A stretch of 64,000 nucleotides of DNA from Escherichia phage Ecwhy_1, in the sequence record MH791411.1, one strand, 5' to 3'. A program made the translations under genes and the position numbers. This document shows positions 38,024-47,944 of the stretch, in pieces. Every line of letters begins with the position of its first letter. Position 1 is the stretch's first letter. The notes under the pieces were generated by a model that saw only the letters and a program-made list of their open reading frames with translations, was not told the origin of the DNA and searched no databases.

Positions 38024-38562
38024 AATTGTACCTTCAATATTTTATCAGCAATTGATATAACCTTATCACTGAATACATTACCAATCTCAATTCTTATATA
38101 CATCGCAGGTGGAATCTTTCCCTGAAGTGCATAATATGTTTGTATACCTAAGTACTCATTATTTGATAATGAAAATTTGATTCTCTCCATATCTATGTCT
38201 GATGTTGGTAAATCTAGTAGTTCATGGTTGTAGTCAACATTTTCAGTGTATATCTGTTCGACGTAATTTGAATGATCACTACTAATGTAGATACTATCAT
38301 CACGAATAATTACTTTATAATCAGAAGGTTCAAACTTATCTTTAGGAGAAAAGAAGACATCATCTATCTTCTCTTCTCGGACACCGAATAACAATTTACC
38401 ATCGTACTTTACATCAAGCATACTACCTAGAATAGTAATTACACAATGATCATCAATATTATGACGTAAAGAACGAGTCTTGTATTTTGGGTTAATGAAA
38501 ATTTTCATTAATTTTATACAAATGTCGGCAATGCATTTTACATTATCATTTTCTATGTACAT
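38020..38562 (-). CDS. hypothetical protein
   Basis: 180 aa ORF. Confidence 0.5.
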   Translation of the reverse strand: MYIENDNVKCIADICIKLMKIFINPKYKTRSLRHNIDDHCVITILGSMLDVKYDGKLLFGVREEKIDDVFFSPKDKFEPSDYKVIIRDDSIYISSDHSNYVEQIYTENVDYNHELLDLPTSDIDMERIKFSLSNNEYLGIQTYYALQGKIPPAMYIRIEIGNVFSDKVISIADKILKVQL

Positions 38563-39040
38563 CGTAAATCCTCTTTAATTCTTTTACATTTTTAATGAAT
38601 ACTTTCATTGCAGAGATCTCAAAAGCTAATGATTTAAATTTGCAGTACTTTTTAAAGTACGACATAATGAATAGCATTTTGAGTTCTTTTTCTGTGTAAA
38701 TTAAACTATTTTGAAAGTAACTTTCTTCTGATAAATCATCAAGAAAAGGATATACAACTCCATTTGGAGTCAAGAACATGACACGTTCACTCCAAGATCT
38801 AAATGAAATGTAATCAGTCTTACCACATTCATATAAGGAGTTTATCATGCCATCAATCATTAAGGAGAACTCAATACTGTATCCTAATCGTTGACACTTG
38901 TATCTCTTATCTTCTTTCTTTGTAATTACAAAGTGACGACCCAATGCGTCTTTGTTATCGAAAATGAAATCAACTGTCTCTAAACACTCCTTAGCGAACT
39001 TCATAGTTTCTCTGTACTTTCGGTTCATTAGTCTCTCCAA
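38546..39040 (-). CDS. family A paralog
   Basis: 164 aa; E-E-S-Y-F-Q-N-S-L-I-Y. Confidence 0.55.
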   Translation of the reverse strand: MERLMNRKYRETMKFAKECLETVDFIFDNKDALGRHFVITKKEDKRYKCQRLGYSIEFSLMIDGMINSLYECGKTDYISFRSWSERVMFLTPNGVVYPFLDDLSEESYFQNSLIYTEKELKMLFIMSYFKKYCKFKSLAFEISAMKVFIKNVKELKRIYDVHRK

Positions 39041-39441
39041 ACTTTACCAGGGAAGTGTTTCTCGTAGAACTCATCATCACTTAACATATAATCAGGTGTT
39101 TCTACTTCTATGGGTTTGTAGAATGTTTCTGGAATGTGTGTAATTTTATTGGGTAGTACTTTATGTTCGCGTAAAACCTTCTGTATAGCTCCTAGACGTT
39201 GTAAATCAATACAGCCCGGCAGAACTAAGCTGTACTGAAATAGCTCATCAGGGGTCATTATAGATACATCCTTGGCTTGTTTGATTTTATTGTTGGCATC
39301 AATGAATATATCAAATCCAAGTACTGCATTATAGCTTACATATGTTGTTTTGTTTTTGTCAATAGCTGCACTTAAACTATATCCATATATTCCATGTTGG
39401 TCAACAATGCATCGTTGCATAATTTTAATCATTTCGAACAT
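39028..39441 (-). CDS. family A paralog
   Basis: 137 aa; D-E-L-F-Q-Y-S-L-V. Confidence 0.55.
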   Translation of the reverse strand: MFEMIKIMQRCIVDQHGIYGYSLSAAIDKNKTTYVSYNAVLGFDIFIDANNKIKQAKDVSIMTPDELFQYSLVLPGCIDLQRLGAIQKVLREHKVLPNKITHIPETFYKPIEVETPDYMLSDDEFYEKHFPGKVWRD

Positions 39442-39784
39442 AATTTACCTCGTATGTGTTATAATTCCACGTTTTAACACTATCCATTTGTATATCCTGA
39501 ACTTCATGGAAATATTTAAGTACCTTCTGGTATTCCATTAGTTCGTACACATCTTCAGTATTGACAGTGCTCTCCTGAAACAATTCCTCTTCTGATAAAG
39601 TACTATAATCAGGGATTTTTATTTCAGAATATATCTCATTCATATATGAATCATTTTGGTAAATCTGTAGATAAAACTGATTATATTCAGGGATATAGGT
39701 TACGAAATGGTTCTTGATGAATTCATATCTTGAAGCAAAGCAATCATTGCCATCCGTCATGTACTGAATTGTTGTATTATGCAT
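39425..39784 (-). CDS. family A paralog
   Basis: 119 aa; S-E-E-E-L-F-Q-E-S-T-V. Confidence 0.55.
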   Translation of the reverse strand: MHNTTIQYMTDGNDCFASRYEFIKNHFVTYIPEYNQFYLQIYQNDSYMNEIYSEIKIPDYSTLSEEELFQESTVNTEDVYELMEYQKVLKYFHEVQDIQMDSVKTWNYNTYEVNYVRND

Positions 39785-40259
39785 TCAAATAATCCACACA
39801 TTTATAGTATACTGCTAAATCTAAAAAGAATCGTTGTTTGTATTTGTAATGATGAAGTAGTGCACCATAAAGTAATATAGCATTAAGTACTTTTGCATCA
39901 TGAATACAAGACCCTTGGAAGTACATTTCTTCTGTCATGAAAACTAACTCATTGTACGGGATAAGCACTGAATCTCTAAATGTATCAATGTTAATCTTCA
40001 AATCGGACCCTTGGCAATATGAAATATATTCACCTCGGTAATGAAAGTCATTATCGTCAAAGTACTCAGCATATACTTGATTGTCCCTATTATTTTTAAA
40101 GGCAAGTCTTCCTTTGGTTGAACTGAATTGGTCATATTGGAACATTCCACCAAAAGGCATTCCACCGAAAGGTTGGGGACTTCTGAACTCCTTTGCAATG
40201 CGATGAATGTTAGATGCAAATTCTAAAACACCATCGTAATCATATTCTGTTGTAATCAT
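39777..40259 (-). CDS. family A paralog
   Basis: 160 aa; E-E-M-Y-F-Q-G-S-C-I. Confidence 0.55.
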   Translation of the reverse strand: MITTEYDYDGVLEFASNIHRIAKEFRSPQPFGGMPFGGMFQYDQFSSTKGRLAFKNNRDNQVYAEYFDDNDFHYRGEYISYCQGSDLKINIDTFRDSVLIPYNELVFMTEEMYFQGSCIHDAKVLNAILLYGALLHHYKYKQRFFLDLAVYYKCVDYLNA

Positions 40260-40738
40260 AGACCATTTTTCTCCATGTACTCAATGATTTCATCTACGAA
40301 GTTTAAATCCATATAGAATCTATCATCTGCGTCATTGAGTTCATCTTTAAGTACTGTAAAAATTGTAGAACTAAACACGATTCTCTCATTGTACAAAGTA
40401 CTGTACTGGAAGAATTCTTCTTCTGATCTAACATTAAATGTGTCATATTCATATTCATCATCATTAAATCTAGGATGATAGTACTTAAAACTATCAGATG
40501 TATGGAAACAATATGAGATAAAATCCCCTGATGGTGCATCGTCAAGTACACGAATACCACAGAAATTCTCATCTGTAGTATGCAACAAATTGCTATTCAT
40601 TGACAAATAATTTTTGTACGCATAAAGTGTGCATCGTGGGAGAATTATATTCTCTTTAACTGTTACAAAGAACTTATGAAGTTTAATGATATTTTGTGCG
40701 ATTTTTTGTGCATTGCTAAATGATAGGTCTTTGGACAT
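40256..40738 (-). CDS. family A paralog
   Basis: 160 aa; E-E-E-F-F-Q-Y-S-T-L-Y. Confidence 0.55.
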   Translation of the reverse strand: MSKDLSFSNAQKIAQNIIKLHKFFVTVKENIILPRCTLYAYKNYLSMNSNLLHTTDENFCGIRVLDDAPSGDFISYCFHTSDSFKYYHPRFNDDEYEYDTFNVRSEEEFFQYSTLYNERIVFSSTIFTVLKDELNDADDRFYMDLNFVDEIIEYMEKNGL

Positions 40739-40797
40739 TGTGATATAACCCTTTACAATTAATATAAAGAGATTATATCACAAAGATTTGGAGGGTG

Positions 40798-41388
40798 TCA
40801 AGAGTTCTCACGAAGTTCTACCATTTCTTTCCATACTAAATGGTAATCTTCTAAGTCCAGATAGAAGTCTTCATTTAAGTGCTCATATAAGTACTTGTAC
40901 ATGAATAGTACACCTAAATTGTATTCAGTATTAAGTAATGATTGTTGGAAGTAGTTTTCTTCATTTAGTTCTATATCCATGAACTCAAATCTACCTAGAC
41001 CTTTTAATGTACGTATCTCAACATGTGAAGTATCTGTTTTACTGAAGCACATGAATCCACCTCTAAATTCGGGATCATATTCACATTCATACTGTCCACT
41101 GTTATTATAGAAATCTCTATTACCATCCTTATCTTTTGGCTTAACAACTGATACGTGAAGGTCGTCATCTTTGTACATTGTACGTTCTGGCGTTTTCACA
41201 CATTTTAACTTATTTTCTTTAATGTACTTGATAATATCAATTATATCTTGTGCAGTACTGATTGCTGCCTCGAACGTATCCAACTTAAGATGATTGTATT
41301 GTGTACCCTTGTTCTTTATTTTATCTAACATACTAACCTCATAATTCATACATCTTTGATTTGAATTGCATTGGTCCACCAACTTCAC
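40798..41388 (-). CDS. family A paralog
   Basis: 196 aa; E-E-N-Y-F-Q-Q-S-L-L. Confidence 0.55.
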   Translation of the reverse strand: MKLVDQCNSNQRCMNYEVSMLDKIKNKGTQYNHLKLDTFEAAISTAQDIIDIIKYIKENKLKCVKTPERTMYKDDDLHVSVVKPKDKDGNRDFYNNSGQYECEYDPEFRGGFMCFSKTDTSHVEIRTLKGLGRFEFMDIELNEENYFQQSLLNTEYNLGVLFMYKYLYEHLNEDFYLDLEDYHLVWKEMVELRENS

Positions 41389-41677
41389 ATGGATAATTTT
41401 CCATAATACGATTCAAAAGTATCTGGTACTGTTGTAGTACTTCAATTTCCAAATGTATACTACTATCCAGTACTAATGACTCCTGGAACAATTCACCTGT
41501 ATCTAAACATGAAAAATCATTTATAGTTAGCATTGGCTTATCATTGGTACGCAATGTAAATGATTCCTCATTTCGGATTAATGTACAGAATTCATTATGT
41601 TTTCTGTTATAATCCATTTTAACCAATAATAACTTAGTGTGAGTTGCGTACATTATTTTTACTAATTCAGTCTTCAT
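41339..41677 (-). CDS. family A paralog
   Basis: 112 aa; T-G-E-L-F-Q-E-S-L-V. Confidence 0.55.
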   Translation of the reverse strand: MKTELVKIMYATHTKLLLVKMDYNRKHNEFCTLIRNEESFTLRTNDKPMLTINDFSCLDTGELFQESLVLDSSIHLEIEVLQQYQILLNRIMENYPCEVGGPMQFKSKMYEL

Positions 41678-42026
41678 AACGGAATAAAATTCTCCTGTAC
41701 TGCTCCGGCTTAGTACTCAATCTCTTCACCGGATAATTGTCGAAGATCCTTTTCATTTCTTTCTGGATTAAACAAAGAAAATCAAAATCACAATAGTATT
41801 TTTTATCCCATACTAAACTTTCTTGAAATAACTCATCTTCTTGCATTAGCGTAGTATCAATTGTATCTTCACGTGTATTTGAGTACGCTTCATGACATTG
41901 AAAACCATCTTCTGATAATTCTAATGTATATGCCGCCATTTCAAACATATCATCATTTGTCTTTAACGAAAGTAAACAACAAACGTATTTTTTCGTTGTG
42001 TAGTACGTAATACTAATGGTATTCAT
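41667..42026 (-). CDS. family A paralog
   Basis: 119 aa; E-D-E-L-F-Q-E-S-L-V-W-D. Confidence 0.55.
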   Translation of the reverse strand: MNTISITYYTTKKYVCCLLSLKTNDDMFEMAAYTLELSEDGFQCHEAYSNTREDTIDTTLMQEDELFQESLVWDKKYYCDFDFLCLIQKEMKRIFDNYPVKRLSTKPEQYRRILFRYED

Positions 42027-42031
42027 GGCAT

Positions 42032-42634
42032 TTAAACCTCAGTATAAAGCTTACAATAGCTTTCATCGAAATCAAAAATACTTCTCAAGAACTGACAAAG
42101 GTCAGTAAAAATATTTACATTTGCTATATACACATTATCAAATTCTGTTCTTTCGAAGAATGTATGCATAGAATTTGTAATATATCTCATTGCAGATTCA
42201 CGCTGCATTGTTATATCATTTGTGAACATTGCATCTTCATCAGTACTGACTAATTCAATATCAAATGATTGCATATATGGGATACTCTTCCCTAGTGCAA
42301 AGCTATCACCGTATGATGCTTCAACTGCACCTTTAGAATACACCAATTGATATAAGTCCGAAATAGGGTTATAAAAAGTACGACATATTGATGAACATAA
42401 TTTATTATCTATCCAAAAGAAAACCCTATTTGTATTACCGTCAAATGCTATACGCAATCCATCACCATCTAACGATATATCACCATCGAGATTAAAAGAG
42501 AACTGAACTAATGCTTTTTCTAAGTCCATTCTTTTGTGATAAATGATTTCTTGCATATAGATAATATCATTTACTAATTTCTTAAAATACAAATGAACCT
42601 CAGTACTACAACATTTATTTGCATTTAATAACAT
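42032..42634 (-). CDS. family A-like paralog (degenerate)
   Basis: 200 aa; E-D-A-M-F-T-N-D-I. Confidence 0.5.
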   Translation of the reverse strand: MLLNANKCCSTEVHLYFKKLVNDIIYMQEIIYHKRMDLEKALVQFSFNLDGDISLDGDGLRIAFDGNTNRVFFWIDNKLCSSICRTFYNPISDLYQLVYSKGAVEASYGDSFALGKSIPYMQSFDIELVSTDEDAMFTNDITMQRESAMRYITNSMHTFFERTEFDNVYIANVNIFTDLCQFLRSIFDFDESYCKLYTEV

Positions 42635-43221
42635 AGTAGATCCTTATACATTGCATGTATTCTTACAATGTCTCTGTAATAACTCATATCTTCACGATTA
42701 TCATTAAAAACAGTAACACTGAATACAGCAGTACTAATTGAACTATCAACAATGTACTCTTTTAATTTATTATAAAGATATATGCACTTAGTAGATGTAT
42801 CATCCCACATAAGACTATTTTGAAAGATGTTTTCTTCTGTGTTAGGATATAAGTACTGCTCAATCTTGTACTCCAATGAACTATCACAGTTTTTATATAC
42901 AGAAATAGATGGGACATTCATATTGCACATAATACTAATAACATTATCATTGTATGTAGAAATTAAACTGGTACTGGATGCTACACTTTCATCATAATTC
43001 AGTACTGAAATTCTTGCATTATCTGTGCAGTACAGATGTTTCATTCCACCTCTCATAGCCATAGTAAGAAATTTATCAGTGAACCATATTCCTTTTGTTT
43101 TCAGTATAGTTTCATGCATAAGATAAGTTTCAATGAAGATTTTTACACGCTCAAATGCCAAGTCAAGTTCATTGTACATAACGGATATCCTTCTGTAAAG
43201 AATCAATATATTCTTTAACAA
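42625..43221 (-). CDS. family A paralog
   Basis: 198 aa; E-E-N-I-F-Q-N-S-L-M-W-D. Confidence 0.55.
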   Translation of the reverse strand: MLKNILILYRRISVMYNELDLAFERVKIFIETYLMHETILKTKGIWFTDKFLTMAMRGGMKHLYCTDNARISVLNYDESVASSTSLISTYNDNVISIMCNMNVPSISVYKNCDSSLEYKIEQYLYPNTEENIFQNSLMWDDTSTKCIYLYNKLKEYIVDSSISTAVFSVTVFNDNREDMSYYRDIVRIHAMYKDLLCY

Positions 43222-43360
43222 CTTGTTCCTGATACTGTGTGCCCAAATACATCAGTACTTTTAATTCTTTGAATTCAGTACTATATGAGTCAATTTGCAT
43301 CATTTTAGAAGAATATATATTGAATAGTTTAGCAATATCATCTTGGTCTATTATTTTCAT
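43169..43360 (-). CDS. family B paralog (interspersed copy)
   Basis: 63 aa; Y-L-G-T-Q-Y-Q-E-Q-V-V. Confidence 0.45.
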   Translation of the reverse strand: MKIIDQDDIAKLFNIYSSKMMQIDSYSTEFKELKVLMYLGTQYQEQVVKEYIDSLQKDIRYVQ

Positions 43361-43556
43361 ATATTCTCTTCTGGATTAGTTCCTGTAAGTGCTGAATATA
43401 ACCCTTCATTGCAACATCCTGTTTGTTAGAGCCAACGAAGAACAATAGCTTAAAGTCATGGTAATCCATTTTTGGTTTAGTAGTGAACCATATGTCCCAC
43501 ACTGCACTCACAGTTCTCATGTATTCAATTCGATTAAATGTTTTTGAATACTTCAT
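43338..43556 (-). CDS. family B paralog (interspersed copy)
   Basis: 72 aa; F-V-G-S-N-K-Q-D-V. Confidence 0.45.
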   Translation of the reverse strand: MKYSKTFNRIEYMRTVSAVWDIWFTTKPKMDYHDFKLLFFVGSNKQDVAMKGYIQHLQELIQKRIYENNRPR

Positions 43557-44070
43557 CGATGTTCATCGCCAATAAGTTAATATACAAATTACTGTTAAAT
43601 GCAATCTGCAATTCCATATAGAACTGAATGATAGCATAGTCAGGGTCAGTACACGATAGTTGAAAACACTGTTCGTCAAATGCATTGTAACTGTACTTAG
43701 GGATGTGAATTTCACGCTTCAAATCAGGTTGACCCCACTTCATCGCATACACACCAATGTTATTGTTCTTTTTCCTTTTCTTAAATGTTAATTGTTGAAT
43801 ATTTCCAGCGTTGTCTAGGAAAATAGTATTATTCGACACAGGTGCACCAATAGAAAACAATGATGTATCAATGACGTGTTTCTCACGTATCTCACACTTC
43901 TGGAATGCACCATTCCCTTGTAACAGTTTATGGAAATCGTACTTCTCATTAACAACAGTACTAGGATCAATTAATCCAGTACTGCATTTTTTCAGTACTG
44001 GTACGATAGTGCGAATCTTTTTTGATAAATCTTGTAATGCATCATAATCATTAATGTTAATTTTTCTCAA
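43534..44070 (-). CDS. family A paralog
   Basis: 178 aa; D-E-Q-C-F-Q-L-S-C-T. Confidence 0.55.
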   Translation of the reverse strand: MRKININDYDALQDLSKKIRTIVPVLKKCSTGLIDPSTVVNEKYDFHKLLQGNGAFQKCEIREKHVIDTSLFSIGAPVSNNTIFLDNAGNIQQLTFKKRKKNNNIGVYAMKWGQPDLKREIHIPKYSYNAFDEQCFQLSCTDPDYAIIQFYMELQIAFNSNLYINLLAMNIDEVFKNI

Positions 44071-44513
44071 AAGGATGCCTCTTCTATAGTAACGAAATCA
44101 ACTAACCTATCAAGTTTTTCAGTGTCTAGATAAAATATATCCAGTACTGACTTCTGATATAGTACACTAAATGTACATAGATTGTCAAGTGTTCCTTCAT
44201 TATAAACAGTACTTCCCTGGAAGTACCCTTCTTCTGTACTCAGAGATAAAATATCAGAAATTTTAAAAGATTCTTCATTCTCATGACGCTCTATCGTAAC
44301 TTCATCATATTTTCTGTTCAATGAAATATAATCGTATGCTAATTCAATAGTACTACAGTTGTTGTTGCTAGTGTCAAATAAAGAATCAATTGTAATCTTC
44401 GTACCATTAGAAACTTCTCTGCGTTCATCATCTACGTATTCAGGATTTTCTTTGAAGAACTTAACAACTTTTAGAATATCATTTGCTTTCTTGATTGCAC
44501 TTTCATAACTCAT
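44067..44513 (-). CDS. family A paralog
   Basis: 148 aa; E-E-G-Y-F-Q-G-S-T-V-Y. Confidence 0.6.
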   Translation of the reverse strand: MSYESAIKKANDILKVVKFFKENPEYVDDERREVSNGTKITIDSLFDTSNNNCSTIELAYDYISLNRKYDEVTIERHENEESFKISDILSLSTEEGYFQGSTVYNEGTLDNLCTFSVLYQKSVLDIFYLDTEKLDRLVDFVTIEEASF

Positions 44514-44952
44514 TTTTTCTGGACTCCATATATATCACCTGATTTAGTTCATATACATAATCTAAATCAATGAATATAGAATTATTAAAGTTCTCTTTCA
44601 GGAATGCATTAAAAACTACTAAAGCTCTTAACGCCCCATTTGGGTATATAGTACTGTACTGGAAGTAAGCATCTTCTGAATTTAAAAATAGTACTTCTTC
44701 TTCTGTGAATTCAAAATATTTGCCATCTTCCTCTATAGAATAGAAAGTTCCAGAATCCCATACGAAGTACTTGAATTCCAAATCATAATCATGGGACTCG
44801 TACTTATATTCATTACCTAATCCTAGTATATCTGTACCAACACTTATAGTACTAATATATGCCCCTTTATAGTCTAAGTACTTTACATTATTTTGAAAGA
44901 ACTTTACTATATTAACTAATTCTTCAGCGTGCTTAAGATCACTTTCGTACAT
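44503..44952 (-). CDS. family A paralog
   Basis: 149 aa; E-D-A-Y-F-Q-Y-S-T-I-Y. Confidence 0.6.
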   Translation of the reverse strand: MYESDLKHAEELVNIVKFFQNNVKYLDYKGAYISTISVGTDILGLGNEYKYESHDYDLEFKYFVWDSGTFYSIEEDGKYFEFTEEEVLFLNSEDAYFQYSTIYPNGALRALVVFNAFLKENFNNSIFIDLDYVYELNQVIYMESRKNEL

Positions 44953-45266
44953 TATATTTCAATCTCTATATATTTTTGGGTAATTAAGTAATCCCAGTAG
45001 TACTTCACTTGTTTTTGTATCTCAAGTAAAGCATAAAAATTAATTCTCTTATCCCATACAAGTGATTCCTGAAAAAGAAATGTTTCATGATCATCTCTGT
45101 AATCACATTCAAGGAAGTCAGGAATATAATCACAATCGTGAAGATATTCAATCATTAAAGATTCATTACATCTTCTAACGGCAAGGTGCTGGAAATTATC
45201 ATGATCGAAGAAATACATTAAACTAATTGTACCTGGAATGTACTGAATACTGTATAATAATTTCAT
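44952..45266 (-). CDS. family A paralog
   Basis: 104 aa; E-T-F-L-F-Q-E-S-L-V-W-D. Confidence 0.55.
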   Translation of the reverse strand: MKLLYSIQYIPGTISLMYFFDHDNFQHLAVRRCNESLMIEYLHDCDYIPDFLECDYRDDHETFLFQESLVWDKRINFYALLEIQKQVKYYWDYLITQKYIEIEI

Positions 45267-45706
45267 CGTTTACCCTTATGTGCTGCACGTACATATTCAT
45301 AATCCAAATAAAATCTTGTGCTATCAATACTTTTAAAGTACCACATAATAACTAAAGTATCTAGTACTTCATCATCATACAAAGTACTATTCTGAAAGTA
45401 ATACTCTTCACTATCCCACGGACCTTTCAGTACTTCAAAGTTCAATTTTAAAGGTCTGCTGCGATTATAAAAACGGATTTCACCACCATAAGCATAACTG
45501 ATAAATTCTGCATCTGGATTGTATTGTGAAAAATCTGCGGGACTTTTGGAATTCAGCCCAAGAATAACTGTAGTTGTGGTAAAATCACTATCCTTGTAGT
45601 AGTTACCATTCTCGGCTTTGTATACTTCTTCGAACTTCCCAGCCTTGATATCTTCAATATATACCTGTAGTTCTTTTGCTTTATCCAGAGCACTTTGTAA
45701 TGACAT
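45263..45706 (-). CDS. family A paralog (MSLxSAL subgroup)
   Basis: 147 aa; G-P-W-D-S-E-E-Y-Y-F-Q-N-S-T-L-Y-D. Confidence 0.6.
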   Translation of the reverse strand: MSLQSALDKAKELQVYIEDIKAGKFEEVYKAENGNYYKDSDFTTTTVILGLNSKSPADFSQYNPDAEFISYAYGGEIRFYNRSRPLKLNFEVLKGPWDSEEYYFQNSTLYDDEVLDTLVIMWYFKSIDSTRFYLDYEYVRAAHKGKR

Positions 45707-46172
45707 TATCTTCCCCTACAGTATTCTCTACGTATTCATAATCGAAATAGAAACTATCAGAACCAATACTTTTAAAGTACCACATAATTACAATAACATC
45801 TAATTCTTCTTCATTGTACACAGTACTGTTCTGGAAGTAATATTCTTCACTATCCCACGGACCTTCCAGTACTGAATACGGAATGATTGTGTCATAATCA
45901 TCGTAATCAGGACTGTAAATTATAATATCTTCATCTCTACAATAACTAATGTACTGATTGTACATATGATATTCACAGTCATCAGTATCACCCGTATCAG
46001 TGTGTAGTACTAACGTTTCTGCACATATCTCTGACTCATCATAATCGTCGCGGTCTTTTACAAAAAATTCAGTATCAGATGTTTTATACACACCAGGCAC
46101 TGAACCTTCTTGTACCATAATCATGTACTCATGAATCTTCTTTGCTTCTTTCAATGCACTTTCTAATGACAT
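45681..46172 (-). CDS. family A paralog (MSLxSAL subgroup)
   Basis: 163 aa; G-P-W-D-S-E-E-Y-Y-F-Q-N-S-T-V-Y. Confidence 0.6.
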   Translation of the reverse strand: MSLESALKEAKKIHEYMIMVQEGSVPGVYKTSDTEFFVKDRDDYDESEICAETLVLHTDTGDTDDCEYHMYNQYISYCRDEDIIIYSPDYDDYDTIIPYSVLEGPWDSEEYYFQNSTVYNEEELDVIVIMWYFKSIGSDSFYFDYEYVENTVGEDNVITKCSG

Positions 46173-46174
46173 TA

Positions 46175-46615
46175 CTAATCCCCTGTACTTAAATATTCAC
46201 ATGCTCCCCAGTCAAGGAAGAAGGGTTCAAAATTCAATTCCTTAAAGTACCACAAAACAACCAAGGAATCAAGCATTTCTTGGTTAAAAATAAGACTCTG
46301 TTGGAAGTAATACTCTTCAGTACCCCACGGCCCATCAAGTACCCCGAAGTCAACAGGTGTATTTGATGTGTCAAAAGTAATCTTAGTACCTGGAATATAT
46401 ACAAAAAAACTAGTATATTGACTACATGAAGAGTACTGTATAGTATTGTCTTTATCATGGCCCATAAGTAAAATATCATCAGAGTATGTCTTTATACCTG
46501 ATAGATAATACTCATTACCAAATGCACTTACTTTATCACCATAGAAACCACTTTTTATGTTATCGTGGAAGTGATGTATTTTGTGTGCCAGTTTAAGTGC
46601 ACTTGCTAAACTCAT
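46175..46615 (-). CDS. family A paralog (MSLxSAL subgroup)
   Basis: 146 aa; G-P-W-G-T-E-E-Y-Y-F-Q-Q-S-L-I. Confidence 0.6.
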   Translation of the reverse strand: MSLASALKLAHKIHHFHDNIKSGFYGDKVSAFGNEYYLSGIKTYSDDILLMGHDKDNTIQYSSCSQYTSFFVYIPGTKITFDTSNTPVDFGVLDGPWGTEEYYFQQSLIFNQEMLDSLVVLWYFKELNFEPFFLDWGACEYLSTGD

Positions 46616-47082
46616 ATATCCTCTTTAATAACTCGTAGTAGATCCAAGTCCAAATAGAAGCTAGGACAATCTGTATTATTAAAGTACCACAGAATGACAA
46701 GCTTGTCAAGCACATATTCCTCGTAGATAGTATTCTGCTGGAAGTAGAACTCTTCACTTCCCCAGTCATTATCCAGTACTGAATACGGAAGATGTTTCTC
46801 TGCTGCACCAGTTATAATGTCAGTATATTGTATTAAAATATCAGCATCACGACAGAAGTACATGTAATTATCTTCCAGATTAACATCACACCCAGTGAGT
46901 GTTGTTTCAGAAGAATCTAAGTTTTCTTCGTACATGTGAATGTACTCACTACTGTCATCGTATATCATTCGACAATAAGCTTTACCTTCCTTGAATAGAT
47001 ACCCATTGAGTTGATTGAGTACTATTTCCTTTTTACATAAATCAATTAACTTAGCAATTTCTAATGCTCTTTCTAAACTCAT
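46612..47082 (-). CDS. family A paralog (MSLxSAL subgroup)
   Basis: 156 aa; W-G-S-E-E-F-Y-F-Q-Q-N-T-I-Y. Confidence 0.6.
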   Translation of the reverse strand: MSLERALEIAKLIDLCKKEIVLNQLNGYLFKEGKAYCRMIYDDSSEYIHMYEENLDSSETTLTGCDVNLEDNYMYFCRDADILIQYTDIITGAAEKHLPYSVLDNDWGSEEFYFQQNTIYEEYVLDKLVILWYFNNTDCPSFYLDLDLLRVIKEDI

Positions 47083-47083
47083 T

Positions 47084-47575
47084 TTAACCCCTGTTAATAC
47101 CGTTATCTACAGTTTTCTTTACGTATTTGTAATCGAAATAGAAGTTCCCAGAACCAATACTTTTAAAGTACCACATAATTATAATAACATCAAGTACTTC
47201 ATCATCGTAAACAGTACTTTGTTGGAAGTAATACTCTTCACTATCCCACGGACCTTCCAGTACTTCACTCGGAATTATAATGTCATCGGAATCGCTATCA
47301 GTACTGTAGATGGTATCTGTATCATTAATATAGACCATGTACTCATTATGCATATTAATGAAGCATTCATAATCATTAGGGTCGGTATCCAGTACACACG
47401 TTTCTGTATCCAGTACGCACGTTTCTGTATCTGAGTCGTCATTATTAAGGAGGTTATCCGGTACATAATATTGAGTACTTGTGTCTTTGAAAACACCGTA
47501 AACTGAACCTTCTTTTGCCATATTCATGTACTCATGAATCTTCTTTGCTTTTTCCAATGAACTCTGTAATGTCAT
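47084..47575 (-). CDS. family A paralog (MSLxSAL subgroup)
   Basis: 163 aa; G-P-W-D-S-E-E-Y-Y-F-Q-Q-S-T-V-Y-D. Confidence 0.6.
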   Translation of the reverse strand: MTLQSSLEKAKKIHEYMNMAKEGSVYGVFKDTSTQYYVPDNLLNNDDSDTETCVLDTETCVLDTDPNDYECFINMHNEYMVYINDTDTIYSTDSDSDDIIIPSEVLEGPWDSEEYYFQQSTVYDDEVLDVIIIMWYFKSIGSGNFYFDYKYVKKTVDNGINRG

Positions 47576-47584
47576 TTTATAATC

Positions 47585-47944
47585 TCATATATTGAAATAA
47601 TAATTACTTGTTGTTGGTGTAGATGTATCAAAGGTGTTTTCTTTAACATATCTCTTCATTTCATTTTGTATAAAAATCATATCTTCTATTGTACATGAGT
47701 ACTTATTCTTGTCAAACACCAAAGAAGCTTGAAATAGTTCAACATCATCCAGTACTGTATAATCTGTAATACTTTCAGAGTTATAGTCGAAGTCATCATG
47801 CAATACATCAATGAAATTAAAACACAAATCCGAGTACTGAATATATAAACTCAACTCATGTTCCGAGTCACCCTTGACAAGATTACAGCACAAATCCCAC
47901 CCCGTTCTGGACTTGCAAACGTACATCGAATAATCAAATGTCAT
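47585..47944 (-). CDS. family A paralog (short YTVLD subgroup)
   Basis: 119 aa; Y-T-V-L-D-D-V-E-L-F-Q-A-S-L-V-F-D-K. Confidence 0.6.
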   Translation of the reverse strand: MTFDYSMYVCKSRTGWDLCCNLVKGDSEHELSLYIQYSDLCFNFIDVLHDDFDYNSESITDYTVLDDVELFQASLVFDKNKYSCTIEDMIFIQNEMKRYVKENTFDTSTPTTSNYYFNI

